DNA of 64,000 nucleotides from a virus. Taxonomy: Duplodnaviria; Caudoviricetes. This document shows, in pieces, positions 10,197 to 20,186 of the stretch. Location: IMG/VR virus record IMGVR_UViG_3300027780_000006, positions 15,753 through 79,752 of that record. One strand, given 5' to 3'. Numbering within the stretch: the stretch's first letter is position 1; every line of letters begins with the position of its first letter. The notes below the pieces were generated by a model. That model saw nothing but the letters and a program-made list of their open reading frames with translations, was not told where the DNA came from and did not search any database. A program made the position numbers and the translations under genes.

Positions 10197-11140
10197 TAGA
10201 AGTAGTTCACCCCTATAAAAAAGTATGGAGTATGTATACTCTAGCATCACTCCTGCCCGACAAAGAAAAAATAAGGTTACATTTATACATACACGAAGAT
10301 GACTGGGCGGAGGCACCAGTAGAATGGATACTAGAAAACTTTCCTACTGTAAAGATTTATCAAACTTTTTGGTTAAAAAATCAATTAGCGACAACAATGT
10401 GTCATTTATTAGACCATTGGAAAGATAAAGGTGGTTTACATAAAAGAATAGTTTGGCTTGGTGGTAATAATATCATTAGTGGTAGATGGTCTGATAATCT
10501 ACCAGGACCAGACTTTTTTCAATCAGTTTCATACTTAGCACATAAAAGAGTATTCAGAAAGCATCCTAGATTTTTAGACTTCTACAGAATTTTAAGAATA
10601 GCAATTAATGAACAGAAACCAGAAAATATAAGCACAGAATTTGCATTATTGAATTACGACCTATTAAAAAACTTTGACCCAGCAGAATTATTTTGCCCTA
10701 CTGAAACAGATGAGCTAGAGACTAGAGTACCAGGGATGCCTGCAATAGACAGATTATTATATAAGTGTAGGGATGAAGCATTTGTTTCAAAATTACTTTC
10801 ATATCAACACAAATTTATGCCACTATACATGACAGGTCAAAATGATGTTTTAATAGAGAAAGACGCGATGGGTCCTCTGGACTGTATTAACTATAATGTA
10901 ATGCTTAGAAAATCTTTCCAACTTAATATAGAACATAAATGGTTAATCAAACCATATTTAGATTTACCTACAGGAGTGCAATTATCATTGCCATGGGATA
11001 TGTATTCCAATTTAATAAGTAGCATACCTGTTAATCACAGAAATGCTATTAATAATGAAATTTTATTATTGAAATCAGCAAAACAGAAAAGAGCTGCTGG
11101 ATCTTTATTAAAAGCTGGGTTTAAACTAGGAAAGATCTAA
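10193..11140 (+). CDS. Putative GT-A fold glycosyltransferase-like protein
   Basis: Rossmann-like start (YTLASLL..IRLHLYIH) and RIVWLGGNNII where GT8-like proteins have lylDaD; the DxD motif is degenerate. Confidence 0.35.
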   Translation: MIEVVHPYKKVWSMYTLASLLPDKEKIRLHLYIHEDDWAEAPVEWILENFPTVKIYQTFWLKNQLATTMCHLLDHWKDKGGLHKRIVWLGGNNIISGRWSDNLPGPDFFQSVSYLAHKRVFRKHPRFLDFYRILRIAINEQKPENISTEFALLNYDLLKNFDPAELFCPTETDELETRVPGMPAIDRLLYKCRDEAFVSKLLSYQHKFMPLYMTGQNDVLIEKDAMGPLDCINYNVMLRKSFQLNIEHKWLIKPYLDLPTGVQLSLPWDMYSNLISSIPVNHRNAINNEILLLKSAKQKRAAGSLLKAGFKLGKI

Positions 11141-11755
11141 AAATTCTTCTTTCAAGTCTGAAAGAATATTCCATTTTAATCTGCCCCTGTTTGCAAGCTC
11201 TCTAACTATTTTTGTTTCAGAGGGATTGTGAGGGGTCTTTTTCATACTATTCACCGGCATATGCCAACTAGCGGGATAATCTTCTCCAGTTGAGAAAGGT
11301 AACTTCTTAGCAAAGAAATCAAAACCAATAATCTCTAAACTTTCAAACTCACACTTATTTAGTATATACATAATAGCCAGGAAACCTGCGGAGGGTCTGC
11401 CTCCATCTGGCACCTTATTTATTGTACCAATCAAATCAAATATCTCTAGTATTTCTTCATCAGTAAACATATCAGTATAATCAAATCCTGGTAGTATTTT
11501 TGTATTGGGAGGTATGTCCATATGTATTCGACATCGGTTGAATAAAACTTTTACGTTTTTAAACTTTTTATAATACTGTTGTCTTAAGAAACCTGTAACC
11601 CACATATCGGTTTTTTTACCTATCGAGACGAAATTTTCATTCGTAGGTATACCTTTTCCAAATCTAACAATTGTGTCAAAACTGTCAATATATTGTCCAT
11701 TTTCGTACTGAAGCATTTCTACTGAATTTCCCACTAATATTACTCGTCCTAGCAT
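11126..11755 (-). CDS. GT29 (sialyltransferase)-like glycosyltransferase
   Basis: VILVGNS..IDSFDTIVRF..GKKTD resembles sialyl motif L; RPSAGFLAI..IIGFDFF resembles motif S; ends with H..E (PHNPSE). Confidence 0.7.
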   Translation of the reverse strand: MLGRVILVGNSVEMLQYENGQYIDSFDTIVRFGKGIPTNENFVSIGKKTDMWVTGFLRQQYYKKFKNVKVLFNRCRIHMDIPPNTKILPGFDYTDMFTDEEILEIFDLIGTINKVPDGGRPSAGFLAIMYILNKCEFESLEIIGFDFFAKKLPFSTGEDYPASWHMPVNSMKKTPHNPSETKIVRELANRGRLKWNILSDLKEEFLDLS

Positions 11756-11765
11756 AATTATATTC

Positions 11766-12365
11766 CTAATAGTTTGGTATTATCATACCAGATTTTTTGA
11801 TCATTTCTTTTAGAGATTGAACCTCTTGATAGTTTGCATGTGCTTGGATAGTTATTTCAGGTATCTCTATACCTGGGTGTGCTGTAATTAAGTAATAACA
11901 TACATTTGCAACGTCTTGCGAAGTTAAGCTAGGTATTTCCTCGTGGTTTAACAAACCTAAATTGATTGTAGTAAGTTTGTACCTTTTTTCTGAATTGTAT
12001 GTTAAATTATTACTTAAATGGTTTAAAGAAGATTTCTGAGCTGCGTATAGATATCCTTTAGATATGTTTGGTTGAGACGCACGAGAAGAAAAATTTATGA
12101 TTTGTTTTGTTTTATCATATCTCCAGGCTTCGTGGGCTATTGCTAATATTTTTGTTTGGTCGAAGTCATTGTGTGCAAAATTAATTAGCACATCTACATG
12201 GTTAGGATTAATATTATCAAATCCATACCAATTAACATCATTCATTAAAATATCCTCAATACGCGGAGTATCTACTTTAATCATTTTACCTTTGAATGGT
12301 GTTGCTTCTAATGTGTCTTTGATAGTTTTTGCGAGACCACTACTTCCTGTTATTGCTATTTTCAT
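11766..12365 (-). CDS. Short-chain dehydrogenase/NAD-dependent epimerase-like protein
   Basis: MKIAITGSSGLA Rossmann motif, DVLINFA, IINFSS and the YxxxK catalytic motif (YAAQK). Confidence 0.8.
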   Translation of the reverse strand: MKIAITGSSGLAKTIKDTLEATPFKGKMIKVDTPRIEDILMNDVNWYGFDNINPNHVDVLINFAHNDFDQTKILAIAHEAWRYDKTKQIINFSSRASQPNISKGYLYAAQKSSLNHLSNNLTYNSEKRYKLTTINLGLLNHEEIPSLTSQDVANVCYYLITAHPGIEIPEITIQAHANYQEVQSLKEMIKKSGMIIPNY

Positions 12366-13260
12366 AATATTCCTTTATAATGTCAAATGACTGTTTGCCG
12401 AATAGATTACCATCTACACTGCACTTGTTACAAGGAGACATACTTCTATCTCCTTTTATTAATTTTTTTCTTATTTTGTTCATTGGTTTACCAAACCATA
12501 CATTGTGTAATGTATCTTGCAGTAAATTTCCCACAACATGTTCCCTTCCCCAGTCATTTGAGCAAAATAGAACATCTCCATTCCAGTCAACAAACATTTT
12601 ATAGAAGGGATAATGACAAGGTTTCCCTTTCAAAGCAGTTACACTAGATTCTTCTATACCTACCCAATCGATGACCCCGCTACGGTTGTTAAGTAATAGA
12701 CCATGGTTTTCAAAGTCACCCCAATGCATGCGATATTTATACTTATCTTCAGGTATGTTTTTCATTACTTCTTCAAAGTGAGTCATTTGCTCTATACCAT
12801 CGTACAGATTAATATAAATTAAGTCTAACCCACTATATTCAAATAGTTCTTCTGCGTATGCTTGGGTTAATTTATCTCCATTAGTGTTACACTCTAAAGT
12901 TGCTAATGGGATTGTATGTCGAAAGATATGAACTATCTCTCTGAAATTTGGATTAAGTAAATTCTCTCCGAACCCACTTAAAGATATTTTACCACTAAAC
13001 CCTATTTTTCCTAATTCATTCCCTATTATTTCTGCACCTTTTATAGTTAAGTGTAGATTTCGATTAGGAAAAACTTCTGGGTTGTGTCGTGGACAGAATA
13101 CACAAGTTCTATTACACAACTCGGTAGTATTTATTTCAACAGTAAGGATAGAATCTAGTTCATTTAAGTTATCTTTCTTTGCCCAATGTTTCTTTTCTTG
13201 TTCACGTCTGTGTTCTAGAAAATCATATTGGTCTACTGCTGTTATTGGGATGTTTTTCAT
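12340..13260 (-). CDS. Radical SAM protein with SPASM/Twitch domain
   Basis: CNRTCVFC (CX3CX2C), GFGENLL, and C-terminal CHYPF..DWNGDVLFCSNDW..CNKC. Confidence 0.9.
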   Translation of the reverse strand: MKNIPITAVDQYDFLEHRREQEKKHWAKKDNLNELDSILTVEINTTELCNRTCVFCPRHNPEVFPNRNLHLTIKGAEIIGNELGKIGFSGKISLSGFGENLLNPNFREIVHIFRHTIPLATLECNTNGDKLTQAYAEELFEYSGLDLIYINLYDGIEQMTHFEEVMKNIPEDKYKYRMHWGDFENHGLLLNNRSGVIDWVGIEESSVTALKGKPCHYPFYKMFVDWNGDVLFCSNDWGREHVVGNLLQDTLHNVWFGKPMNKIRKKLIKGDRSMSPCNKCSVDGNLFGKQSFDIIKEYYENSNNRK

Positions 13261-13904
13261 TACAAAGTGTTATATAATTCTGTCCACTCTTTGCAATACT
13301 CCTCATGGTCGTAAATTCCCATCCACGGCCCTCCATCTGTAAAGTGTACCCCTTTAGCTCTACTACCAAAATCGTAATAGTTTACTAAAGCATTGTAAGC
13401 AGCAGGTAAAGAACCTACCTTACTAGCCCAGCTAAATCCATGTAAATGTTTAGCCGCAGCATTATTTACATACCATTCGTTTAGCATCGTACATTCTTTA
13501 TTGTTGAAATACATCAACGATGACCAATATTTTTTATTATATGGTTTGTTCAATTTATCATGCATTTTAGTGTATTGGTCAAACACTAAGTCAGCATGTT
13601 GTACACACATAACTTCTTCATTGTCTTTCTTAAAATGAGTTATTTCCTGGGGATCACATCTCCATAGAAAGTCACCATCACAGAATAAAGAATATCCCAT
13701 ATAATTAGAAAGATGAGGAACAAGAAATCTAGTAAAAGCAAATTCGGTATTACCCTTTTCCTTTCTAGTATAAAGTCCTTGTTCCTGTAACTCTGAAGTA
13801 ATCAAAGGTATAACTTCGTGTGTTGGGTTAAATCGTAAGATTGATGCCTTACACACTTCAAACATTTCAGGATATTGTGAATCGTACCCTACAAATATTT
13901 TCAT
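13260..13904 (-). CDS. GT8-like glycosyltransferase
   Basis: MKIFVGYD..TEFAFTRFLVP..FCDGDFL..WSSLMYFN..WN/HFTDGGPW motifs. Confidence 0.8.
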   Translation of the reverse strand: MKIFVGYDSQYPEMFEVCKASILRFNPTHEVIPLITSELQEQGLYTRKEKGNTEFAFTRFLVPHLSNYMGYSLFCDGDFLWRCDPQEITHFKKDNEEVMCVQHADLVFDQYTKMHDKLNKPYNKKYWSSLMYFNNKECTMLNEWYVNNAAAKHLHGFSWASKVGSLPAAYNALVNYYDFGSRAKGVHFTDGGPWMGIYDHEEYCKEWTELYNTL

Positions 13905-14104
13905 TATTCCCCTTTCAGTTGTCCACCTAAATCATTAACATATGCTTGCCTTGCTGTTTGTGCTATAGCTTGCTTATGCTTCCAATCTTCGATGTAAATA
14001 TCGCATTTGTTAATTGCTACTACTATTGATTGTTGTTCTGGTGTCAATGCTGAAATATCATATGCCACCTCATCAAGAGTAATAGTTGGATTTTCTTTGC
14101 TCAT
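13904..14104 (-). CDS. Small hypothetical protein
   Basis: 66 aa, translationally coupled to both neighbours. Confidence 0.6.
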   Translation of the reverse strand: MSKENPTITLDEVAYDISALTPEQQSIVVAINKCDIYIEDWKHKQAIAQTARQAYVNDLGGQLKGE

Positions 14105-15060
14105 TTAAATACGTCCTGCCAATTGCCTTGTGTACTCGCCTTAGCATACTCGGTAGCACGGTTTTCAAAAAAGTTGGTATGCTCAACTGCGTTGACTTGC
14201 ATGTCAATCCAAGGTAAAGGATTATCTGTACTATGAAATATTTTCTTCATACCGATACCTAATAACCTTCTATCAGCAATATATCTAATATATTCCTTGA
14301 CTTCTTTTGCTGTCAAATCTGGTATATCTGCTTTATCAAAACAAATATCAATAAAGTTATCTTCTAACTCTACTGTCTTTTCTGCAGCACAGTATATTTC
14401 GTATTTTAACTTATCAGTCCATAACTCGGGATTTTCCGAAATGAATGTTCTGAATAGTTTTGACAAGCCATCTACATGCAAGGATTCATCACGAATACTC
14501 CATGTAACAATTTGTCCCATTCCTTTCATTAAGTTATGTCTTGGGTAGTTAAGAAGAATAGCAAAACTACTAAATAGTTGTACTCCTTCTGTAAATGCGC
14601 TATACACCGCCATTGTTTTTGCCATATCATATGGAGTTTCCATACTGAAATCTTGTAGATATTCATGTTTCTCCATCATAGCATTGATATCAAAAAACTC
14701 TTGGTACATATCTTCTGACTTACCAAGTGTCTCTAGTAGTAAAGAATACGCTTCTTGATGTACTGCTTCCATAGCAGCAAAACTAACAAGCATCATTCTT
14801 ACTTCTGGTTGTTTAAATGTAGGCAAGTAGTGGTGGGCATATCCCCCACATACATCTACATCTGCCTGAGTGAAAAACTTAAAGATATTATCTAACAATG
14901 TCCTTTCGCCTTCACTTAATTTTTCTTTATAATCCTTTATATCATCTTGTAAGGTTACTTCTTCTGGCAACCAATGCATTTGTTGTTGTTTTTTATAATT
15001 CTCAAATGCCCAAGGATATTGAAAAGGTTTATAGTATTCTCTTTCTTTTAATAAACTCAT
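14101..15060 (-). CDS. nrdB: Ribonucleotide reductase class Ia beta subunit
   Basis: FFTQADVDV, MEAVHQEAY (radical Tyr), EGVQLFSSF and RDESLH diiron ligands. Confidence 0.97.
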   Translation of the reverse strand: MSLLKEREYYKPFQYPWAFENYKKQQQMHWLPEEVTLQDDIKDYKEKLSEGERTLLDNIFKFFTQADVDVCGGYAHHYLPTFKQPEVRMMLVSFAAMEAVHQEAYSLLLETLGKSEDMYQEFFDINAMMEKHEYLQDFSMETPYDMAKTMAVYSAFTEGVQLFSSFAILLNYPRHNLMKGMGQIVTWSIRDESLHVDGLSKLFRTFISENPELWTDKLKYEIYCAAEKTVELEDNFIDICFDKADIPDLTAKEVKEYIRYIADRRLLGIGMKKIFHSTDNPLPWIDMQVNAVEHTNFFENRATEYAKASTQGNWQDVFK

Positions 15061-16836
15061 TTATCCCTCGCAACTTAAACAGTCTGACTGTTCAAATATT
15101 ATTTCTCGTTTAGCTTGATTAGATACATTATCAGCTCTACTGATAGCTTCACTTCTCAAGTAATACAATGTTTTTAAATTTTTCGCCCATGCTAACATAT
15201 GGACATTATGTAAATCGCCTTTGTTAACATCAGGTGGGAAAAATAGGTTTACGCTTTGTGACTGACAAATATATTCTTGTCTTGCACTTGCGTGTTCTAC
15301 AATCCATGCTTGATTGATTTCTACGGCTGTTTTAAATACATCTTTTTCCCACTCATCGAGTATGTCAAGATGCTGTACACTACCTCTGTTTGCAACAATA
15401 CTTTTCCAAGTGTCATTGTATACATCACTATGTCCTATTTTACTCATTAACAACCTGTCTAAAAATTTATTTTTTACTAAATTACTACCTGTTTTTGTTT
15501 TTTGAGTATAGGCATTTGCTCTATATGGTTCAATACTTGGACTTGTGTTTCCACAAATAATACTAGAACTAGCGTTAGGGGCGATTGCTAATAGATGAGC
15601 GTTCCTCACAGAACAAGTATCATCATCTGGGCAAGCTCCACGCTCAACAGCTAGTATTCTAGTCGTTTCTTCTGCTTTACTTTTTATATATTGGAACATC
15701 TCAGAATTAGCCCCTGTTGCCATTGGGTTGTCAAAAGGTATATCATTCTTCTGCAAATACGCATGAAAGCCCATAGCACCAAGTCCAATACTCCTCTCCC
15801 TTTGAGCACTAAACTTAGCTTTTTCTAATTGTTCAGGAGCATTTTGAATAAAGTATTCAAGTACATTATCTAACATTCTTACCAAATCTGGTATAAATGC
15901 AGGTACTGCTTTCCACTCGTCATAATACTCCAGATTAACACTAGATAGACAACAAACGGCTGTTCTTTCTTCGTTTGTAGCGAGTGTTATTTCCGAACAC
16001 AGATTACTGTGATGTACTTTTAAACCTTTCTTTTTCTGAAAGTCGGGCAAATCTTTGTTCACCGCATCTTCAAACATTAAGTAAGGCTCTCCAGTTTCCA
16101 TTCTATTTTGAAGTATTTTAACCCATAACGCTCTCGCAGATACAGTTTTCTTTACTTCAAAGGAATGAGGATCTGTAAGATCCCAGCTATCGTCAAAATC
16201 AGGATACTTTGAAGCGGAGTGAATAAGCTCCATAAAAGCATCAGGAACAACGACAGCGTGATGGATATTAGTACACTTACGGTTAGTATCGCCACCAGTA
16301 GGCTTCCGTACATCTAAAAATTCCTCTATTTCGGGGTGACTCATATGTAGATAACCTGCGTAACTGCCCCGTCTAGTTACTCCTTGAGAAAAAGCCAGCA
16401 TTTCTGCGTCTACTACCTTTACAAAAGGTATTACTCCTGTACTCTCACTTCCTTTAGAAGTTTTAGAGCCAGATGCACGAACATCGTTCCAACTGCCTCC
16501 AATACCTCCTCCAAAAGAAGATAAGAAAGCATTTTCTACAAAATGACCTGTTATACCTTCTCTGCTATCTTCTACATAATTTAAAAAGCAACTAATAGGT
16601 AATCCCCTTTTAGTTCCTCCATTTGATAATACTGGCGTAGAAAACATAAACCAATGTTTGCTAACATAGTCATACAATCTTTGCGCGTGTTCATCATCGT
16701 CTGCAAAAGCTACGGCAGCTCTAGCAAAAGCTTCTTGAGGTGAAGTTTCATCACCTACCATATATCTGTCCTTTAGAGTTGCTTTCGCAAAATCATCTAA
16801 AAGGCTATCTCTACTGTAATCTATCTTCACTGACAT
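15061..16836 (-). CDS. nrdA: Ribonucleotide reductase class I alpha subunit (no ATP cone)
   Basis: STPVLSN, SCF, SNLCSEI, IAPNASSS, LYYLRS and C-terminal CLSCEG. Confidence 0.97.
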   Translation of the reverse strand: MSVKIDYSRDSLLDDFAKATLKDRYMVGDETSPQEAFARAAVAFADDDEHAQRLYDYVSKHWFMFSTPVLSNGGTKRGLPISCFLNYVEDSREGITGHFVENAFLSSFGGGIGGSWNDVRASGSKTSKGSESTGVIPFVKVVDAEMLAFSQGVTRRGSYAGYLHMSHPEIEEFLDVRKPTGGDTNRKCTNIHHAVVVPDAFMELIHSASKYPDFDDSWDLTDPHSFEVKKTVSARALWVKILQNRMETGEPYLMFEDAVNKDLPDFQKKKGLKVHHSNLCSEITLATNEERTAVCCLSSVNLEYYDEWKAVPAFIPDLVRMLDNVLEYFIQNAPEQLEKAKFSAQRERSIGLGAMGFHAYLQKNDIPFDNPMATGANSEMFQYIKSKAEETTRILAVERGACPDDDTCSVRNAHLLAIAPNASSSIICGNTSPSIEPYRANAYTQKTKTGSNLVKNKFLDRLLMSKIGHSDVYNDTWKSIVANRGSVQHLDILDEWEKDVFKTAVEINQAWIVEHASARQEYICQSQSVNLFFPPDVNKGDLHNVHMLAWAKNLKTLYYLRSEAISRADNVSNQAKREIIFEQSDCLSCEG

Positions 16837-17671
16837 AATTCTCCACTAATTGTATAATCTCTTTTGAGTTGCCGAGCACTGCTCCGTCAACATCATATGT
16901 TAAATCCATGAGTTTAATTCCTACTTCAAGTCCTTCATTTCCAAACTCATTTAAGTTTTGAATGAATTTATATTTTCCCTCGACAGGTAAACTCGCCATG
17001 ATATCAAAAATATCTCCATATTGTTGAATAATTTGGGTAGCCCTCTTTGGACCAATCCCATCAACACCTGGAACGTTATCTCCTTTGTCCCCTGTTAAGC
17101 ACTTATAAGTTAAGAAGTACTCAGGATCAAAATCATAATGCTCATCCCAATTATGAAGGGTTGTTTCTTTTCTAGTGACTGTTGAAAATCTACTTATATG
17201 TTCATCAATAAGTAAATCCCAGTCTCTATCCGATGAAATCATCCAGATATTATCAATACCTAGATTTTCTCTGTTTTGACAGATAAGAGCAGCTATATCA
17301 TCAGCCTCTACTCCTGCGTATTTAAGCGTAAGATATCCCTTGTGCTTAAGTCCACTCATTGTATTTTGAAACTCGGCTAAGAATTCTTGGAACTCTTGTT
17401 CTTCTTTCTCAGTCTGTTCTTTGTATCTCTCTTTTCTGTTTGCTTTGTATTCGGGGTAGATTTCTTTACGGTAGTTACTTCCGCCATCCCCTAAGACTAC
17501 TATCTCTCCGCAGTCATAAGACTTTGCCAATGATTGTACTGTTCTAATATAATCATGTTCAAAGTCATTTTTGCCCTGATGTTTCCATCTGAACGCCAAG
17601 TTGAGTCCATCAACTATTAATAAGTTCCCATTCGGGATCGACTCTCCATGGCTCGTAAATTTTATCGCCAT
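16811..17671 (-). CDS. D15: 5'-3' exonuclease/flap endonuclease (T5 D15-like)
   Basis: IVDG, EADD, SSDRD and GDKGDNVPGVDGIGPK (H3TH); T5 synteny. Confidence 0.93.
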   Translation of the reverse strand: MAIKFTSHGESIPNGNLLIVDGLNLAFRWKHQGKNDFEHDYIRTVQSLAKSYDCGEIVVLGDGGSNYRKEIYPEYKANRKERYKEQTEKEEQEFQEFLAEFQNTMSGLKHKGYLTLKYAGVEADDIAALICQNRENLGIDNIWMISSDRDWDLLIDEHISRFSTVTRKETTLHNWDEHYDFDPEYFLTYKCLTGDKGDNVPGVDGIGPKRATQIIQQYGDIFDIMASLPVEGKYKFIQNLNEFGNEGLEVGIKLMDLTYDVDGAVLGNSKEIIQLVENYVSEDRLQ

Positions 17672-18098
17672 TTGTAAACTTTAACTCCTGTGTTTCTAAA
17701 AATTGTTCGGCAAAGGTGACATAGCACCCCAACCAGTTTATGTACATATGTTTTTTGTAACATGGCTTTCTTGTCGTTGCCACGTACCATTGTGAATGAT
17801 TCTCCTTAAAAATGAGGAGAGGTTCTTGGTTCATCTCTGTTGCCTGTCTGCACAGCTTAGACCACCAACCCACAAAGGTGTTACTCTTTTGAGTAAAAAT
17901 TTTATGATTAAATGCCATATCTTTATAGAATTTAACCTCTATTGTAAAAAGATTAACTTTATGTTCTACCATTAAGTCTCCTTTTATCTTGCCGGAACCA
18001 GAGCCAGGAGTCTGTATAAACTCCTCGCCTATGATTCTTTTTAGCATTTCTGCTACACGTATTTCTGCATCATGACCTTTTCTTCTAGAATTAACCAT
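17610..18098 (-). CDS. D14: PD-(D/E)xK endonuclease/Holliday junction resolvase (T5 D14-like)
   Basis: NSRRKG..E, TPGSGSG, GD..IEVK; lies between D13 and D15. Confidence 0.8.
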   Translation of the reverse strand: MVNSRRKGHDAEIRVAEMLKRIIGEEFIQTPGSGSGKIKGDLMVEHKVNLFTIEVKFYKDMAFNHKIFTQKSNTFVGWWSKLCRQATEMNQEPLLIFKENHSQWYVATTRKPCYKKHMYINWLGCYVTFAEQFLETQELKFTNGDKIYEPWRVDPEWELINS

Positions 18099-18321
18099 CT
18101 AATAAAGCCTTGAGTTCCATGAATCCGCCTATCTTTTCTCCGTCTACAATAATCTGAGGAAACGTTCTTGCAGTAGGAAATAGTTCCCTAACTTCTGTTG
18201 GTTTAAAACCATCTCCCATCATTTTATATATTGTTTCGTCTACCTTTGGGTGAGACTCCGCTAATTTTTTTGCTTGTACACAATATGTACAATTTGGTAT
18301 ACTGTAAATTACTACTTGCAT
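18091..18321 (-). CDS. Glutaredoxin
   Basis: CTYC, TFPQI and IGGF motifs. Confidence 0.92.
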   Translation of the reverse strand: MQVVIYSIPNCTYCVQAKKLAESHPKVDETIYKMMGDGFKPTEVRELFPTARTFPQIIVDGEKIGGFMELKALLDG

Positions 18322-18343
18322 GTTGTTTCCTTTTGTATGATAT

Positions 18344-18372
18344 ATTATAACAAATATTTAATTCCTTGTCAA
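18344..18372 (-). promoter_or_regulatory. sigma70-type promoter (glutaredoxin-D14-D15-nrd operon)
   Basis: TTGACA-17-TATAAT. Confidence 0.85.
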
Positions 18373-18380
18373 GATTTAAA

Positions 18381-20186
18381 TTATCCTTCGAGGTAACTAA
18401 TATTATCTTCTTTTATAATTTCTATTTTCTCTAGTAATGGATGAGTCCAACCGTGTGATACCATATAAGTATTTAAATTTTCCTCTTTCAATAAAACTTC
18501 CACTACCTTTTCTTTACCAACTTCGTCTAAGGCTTGGTTTACCTCGTCTAAGAATAGAACATTTATTTGACTTCTACTTATAGATGCCATTAACTTTCTT
18601 ATTGCAACTAATGTGGCTATGTTGACTCTAGCTAACTCACCGCTAGACAGAGCAAGAATATCAATAATATTGCCATTATCCGAAACTTCCACATTTAATT
18701 TATCATTCTCCACTACAAAATTAATACTAAATCTGCCATCACTAAATTCTGCTAGATACTCATTTGTTAGTAACTCTAGTTCTTTTACTAATGATTCTAT
18801 TTTATAGGCAAGTAATCCGTTGGTACTGAAAGCCTTTTTGAGAGTTTCAAGAATCGCCAGTTGGCTTTCCGCTCCCCTAAGACTAGACTTACTATCATCA
18901 AGTTCTGATTGAAATTGTTGAGTTTGTTCCAATATGATTCCAACTCTTGTGTTGTGACGCTCTCTCTTTTCGTTTTCATCTATAACCTCTTGAAGAGACG
19001 ACCTACTATTGGTAATCTTTTGACGAAGGTTTTGAATTTGCTCTGCGATGTAGTCGGCATCCACTGCTCTTGTCGCGAGCTCATGGTCAATAGACCTGAA
19101 GACTTGTTCCCACTCTTCAATTCCTTTGGTTGCGTTCCTATATATTTTGTTTGCATTTTGTATCTCGCTTAATTCTGCTTTCTTTTCTAAATAAGTAAGC
19201 TTTGCTGTTTTTACAGCTTCTTTGTGCATCTCTACTTTATCATCACTAAGAGAAGTCTCTATGTCCTGACCACAAGTAGGGCACTGTCCAGTTTCATTTT
19301 CATACTGGAGTATCTGTTTTTCATGATGACTAACTGTAAAATTAGTTTCTCCTATTTCTCTTTCTAATTGTGAAGTATCTTGTGCTTTTGGACAAGTTTG
19401 TAAATCTTCTTTATACTGCTCTAAAGGTATGCTTTTTAGCTGCTCTTTGAGTGTTTCATTAAGATTTATTTTTTTATTCTTCTGAGAGATATTTTCAAAT
19501 TCTAATTGTAAAGAACGTAATTCTTCTTCGTCTACTTCATTAATATTTGGTAAAATTAACTTTTCCAAGATACTAGTATCTTCTAAAATATTGTCATCGA
19601 GCCATTTCTGAATTGTTGCAAGTTTCGCATTGGTACCTGTAATTTCATTTGCTTGTACACGTACGGCTTCTTTAAAAATCTCAAAGTATGAAACATACTC
19701 GTCTAGTTTTAAAAGGTCGATTAAGAACTTCTTCCTATTTGTATCGGTAGCTGTCAAAAACTGCAATGACGCATTAGTATTTTGGTACACTAATTGTGAA
19801 AAGGTTTTAAAATCAATACCCAATACTTCACCCAATGTCTTATAAGTATTAGACGCTGTGTGTGAGCTTATATCTTCACCATTCTTTGTTAGTTTACACT
19901 TAAGTGCAGCACGACGCATAACATCGATGCAATACTCCTCATCATCTACTGAAAAAGATAGAGATATATTATAACCACTATTAATATAACGATTTGCAAT
20001 ATCTGCTTTCTTAACATTTTTACTATTTTTATTAAATAATACTTCCTCTAATATGAGAGGGATTGAACTTTTACCAACGCCATTTGTGCCTACAAGTTGT
20101 GTAAGAGTGGCGTTATCTAAATCAAGCTCATTACCTTCTCCATATGAAAAGCAATTATCCCACTTCAGCTTCTTTAGAATAATCAT
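18381..20186 (-). CDS. D13: SbcC/Rad50-like recombination ATPase (T5 D13-like)
   Basis: GTNGVGKS Walker A, CPTC zinc hook, LSSGE signature and FLDE Walker B. Confidence 0.93.
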   Translation of the reverse strand: MIILKKLKWDNCFSYGEGNELDLDNATLTQLVGTNGVGKSSIPLILEEVLFNKNSKNVKKADIANRYINSGYNISLSFSVDDEEYCIDVMRRAALKCKLTKNGEDISSHTASNTYKTLGEVLGIDFKTFSQLVYQNTNASLQFLTATDTNRKKFLIDLLKLDEYVSYFEIFKEAVRVQANEITGTNAKLATIQKWLDDNILEDTSILEKLILPNINEVDEEELRSLQLEFENISQKNKKINLNETLKEQLKSIPLEQYKEDLQTCPKAQDTSQLEREIGETNFTVSHHEKQILQYENETGQCPTCGQDIETSLSDDKVEMHKEAVKTAKLTYLEKKAELSEIQNANKIYRNATKGIEEWEQVFRSIDHELATRAVDADYIAEQIQNLRQKITNSRSSLQEVIDENEKRERHNTRVGIILEQTQQFQSELDDSKSSLRGAESQLAILETLKKAFSTNGLLAYKIESLVKELELLTNEYLAEFSDGRFSINFVVENDKLNVEVSDNGNIIDILALSSGELARVNIATLVAIRKLMASISRSQINVLFLDEVNQALDEVGKEKVVEVLLKEENLNTYMVSHGWTHPLLEKIEIIKEDNISYLEG

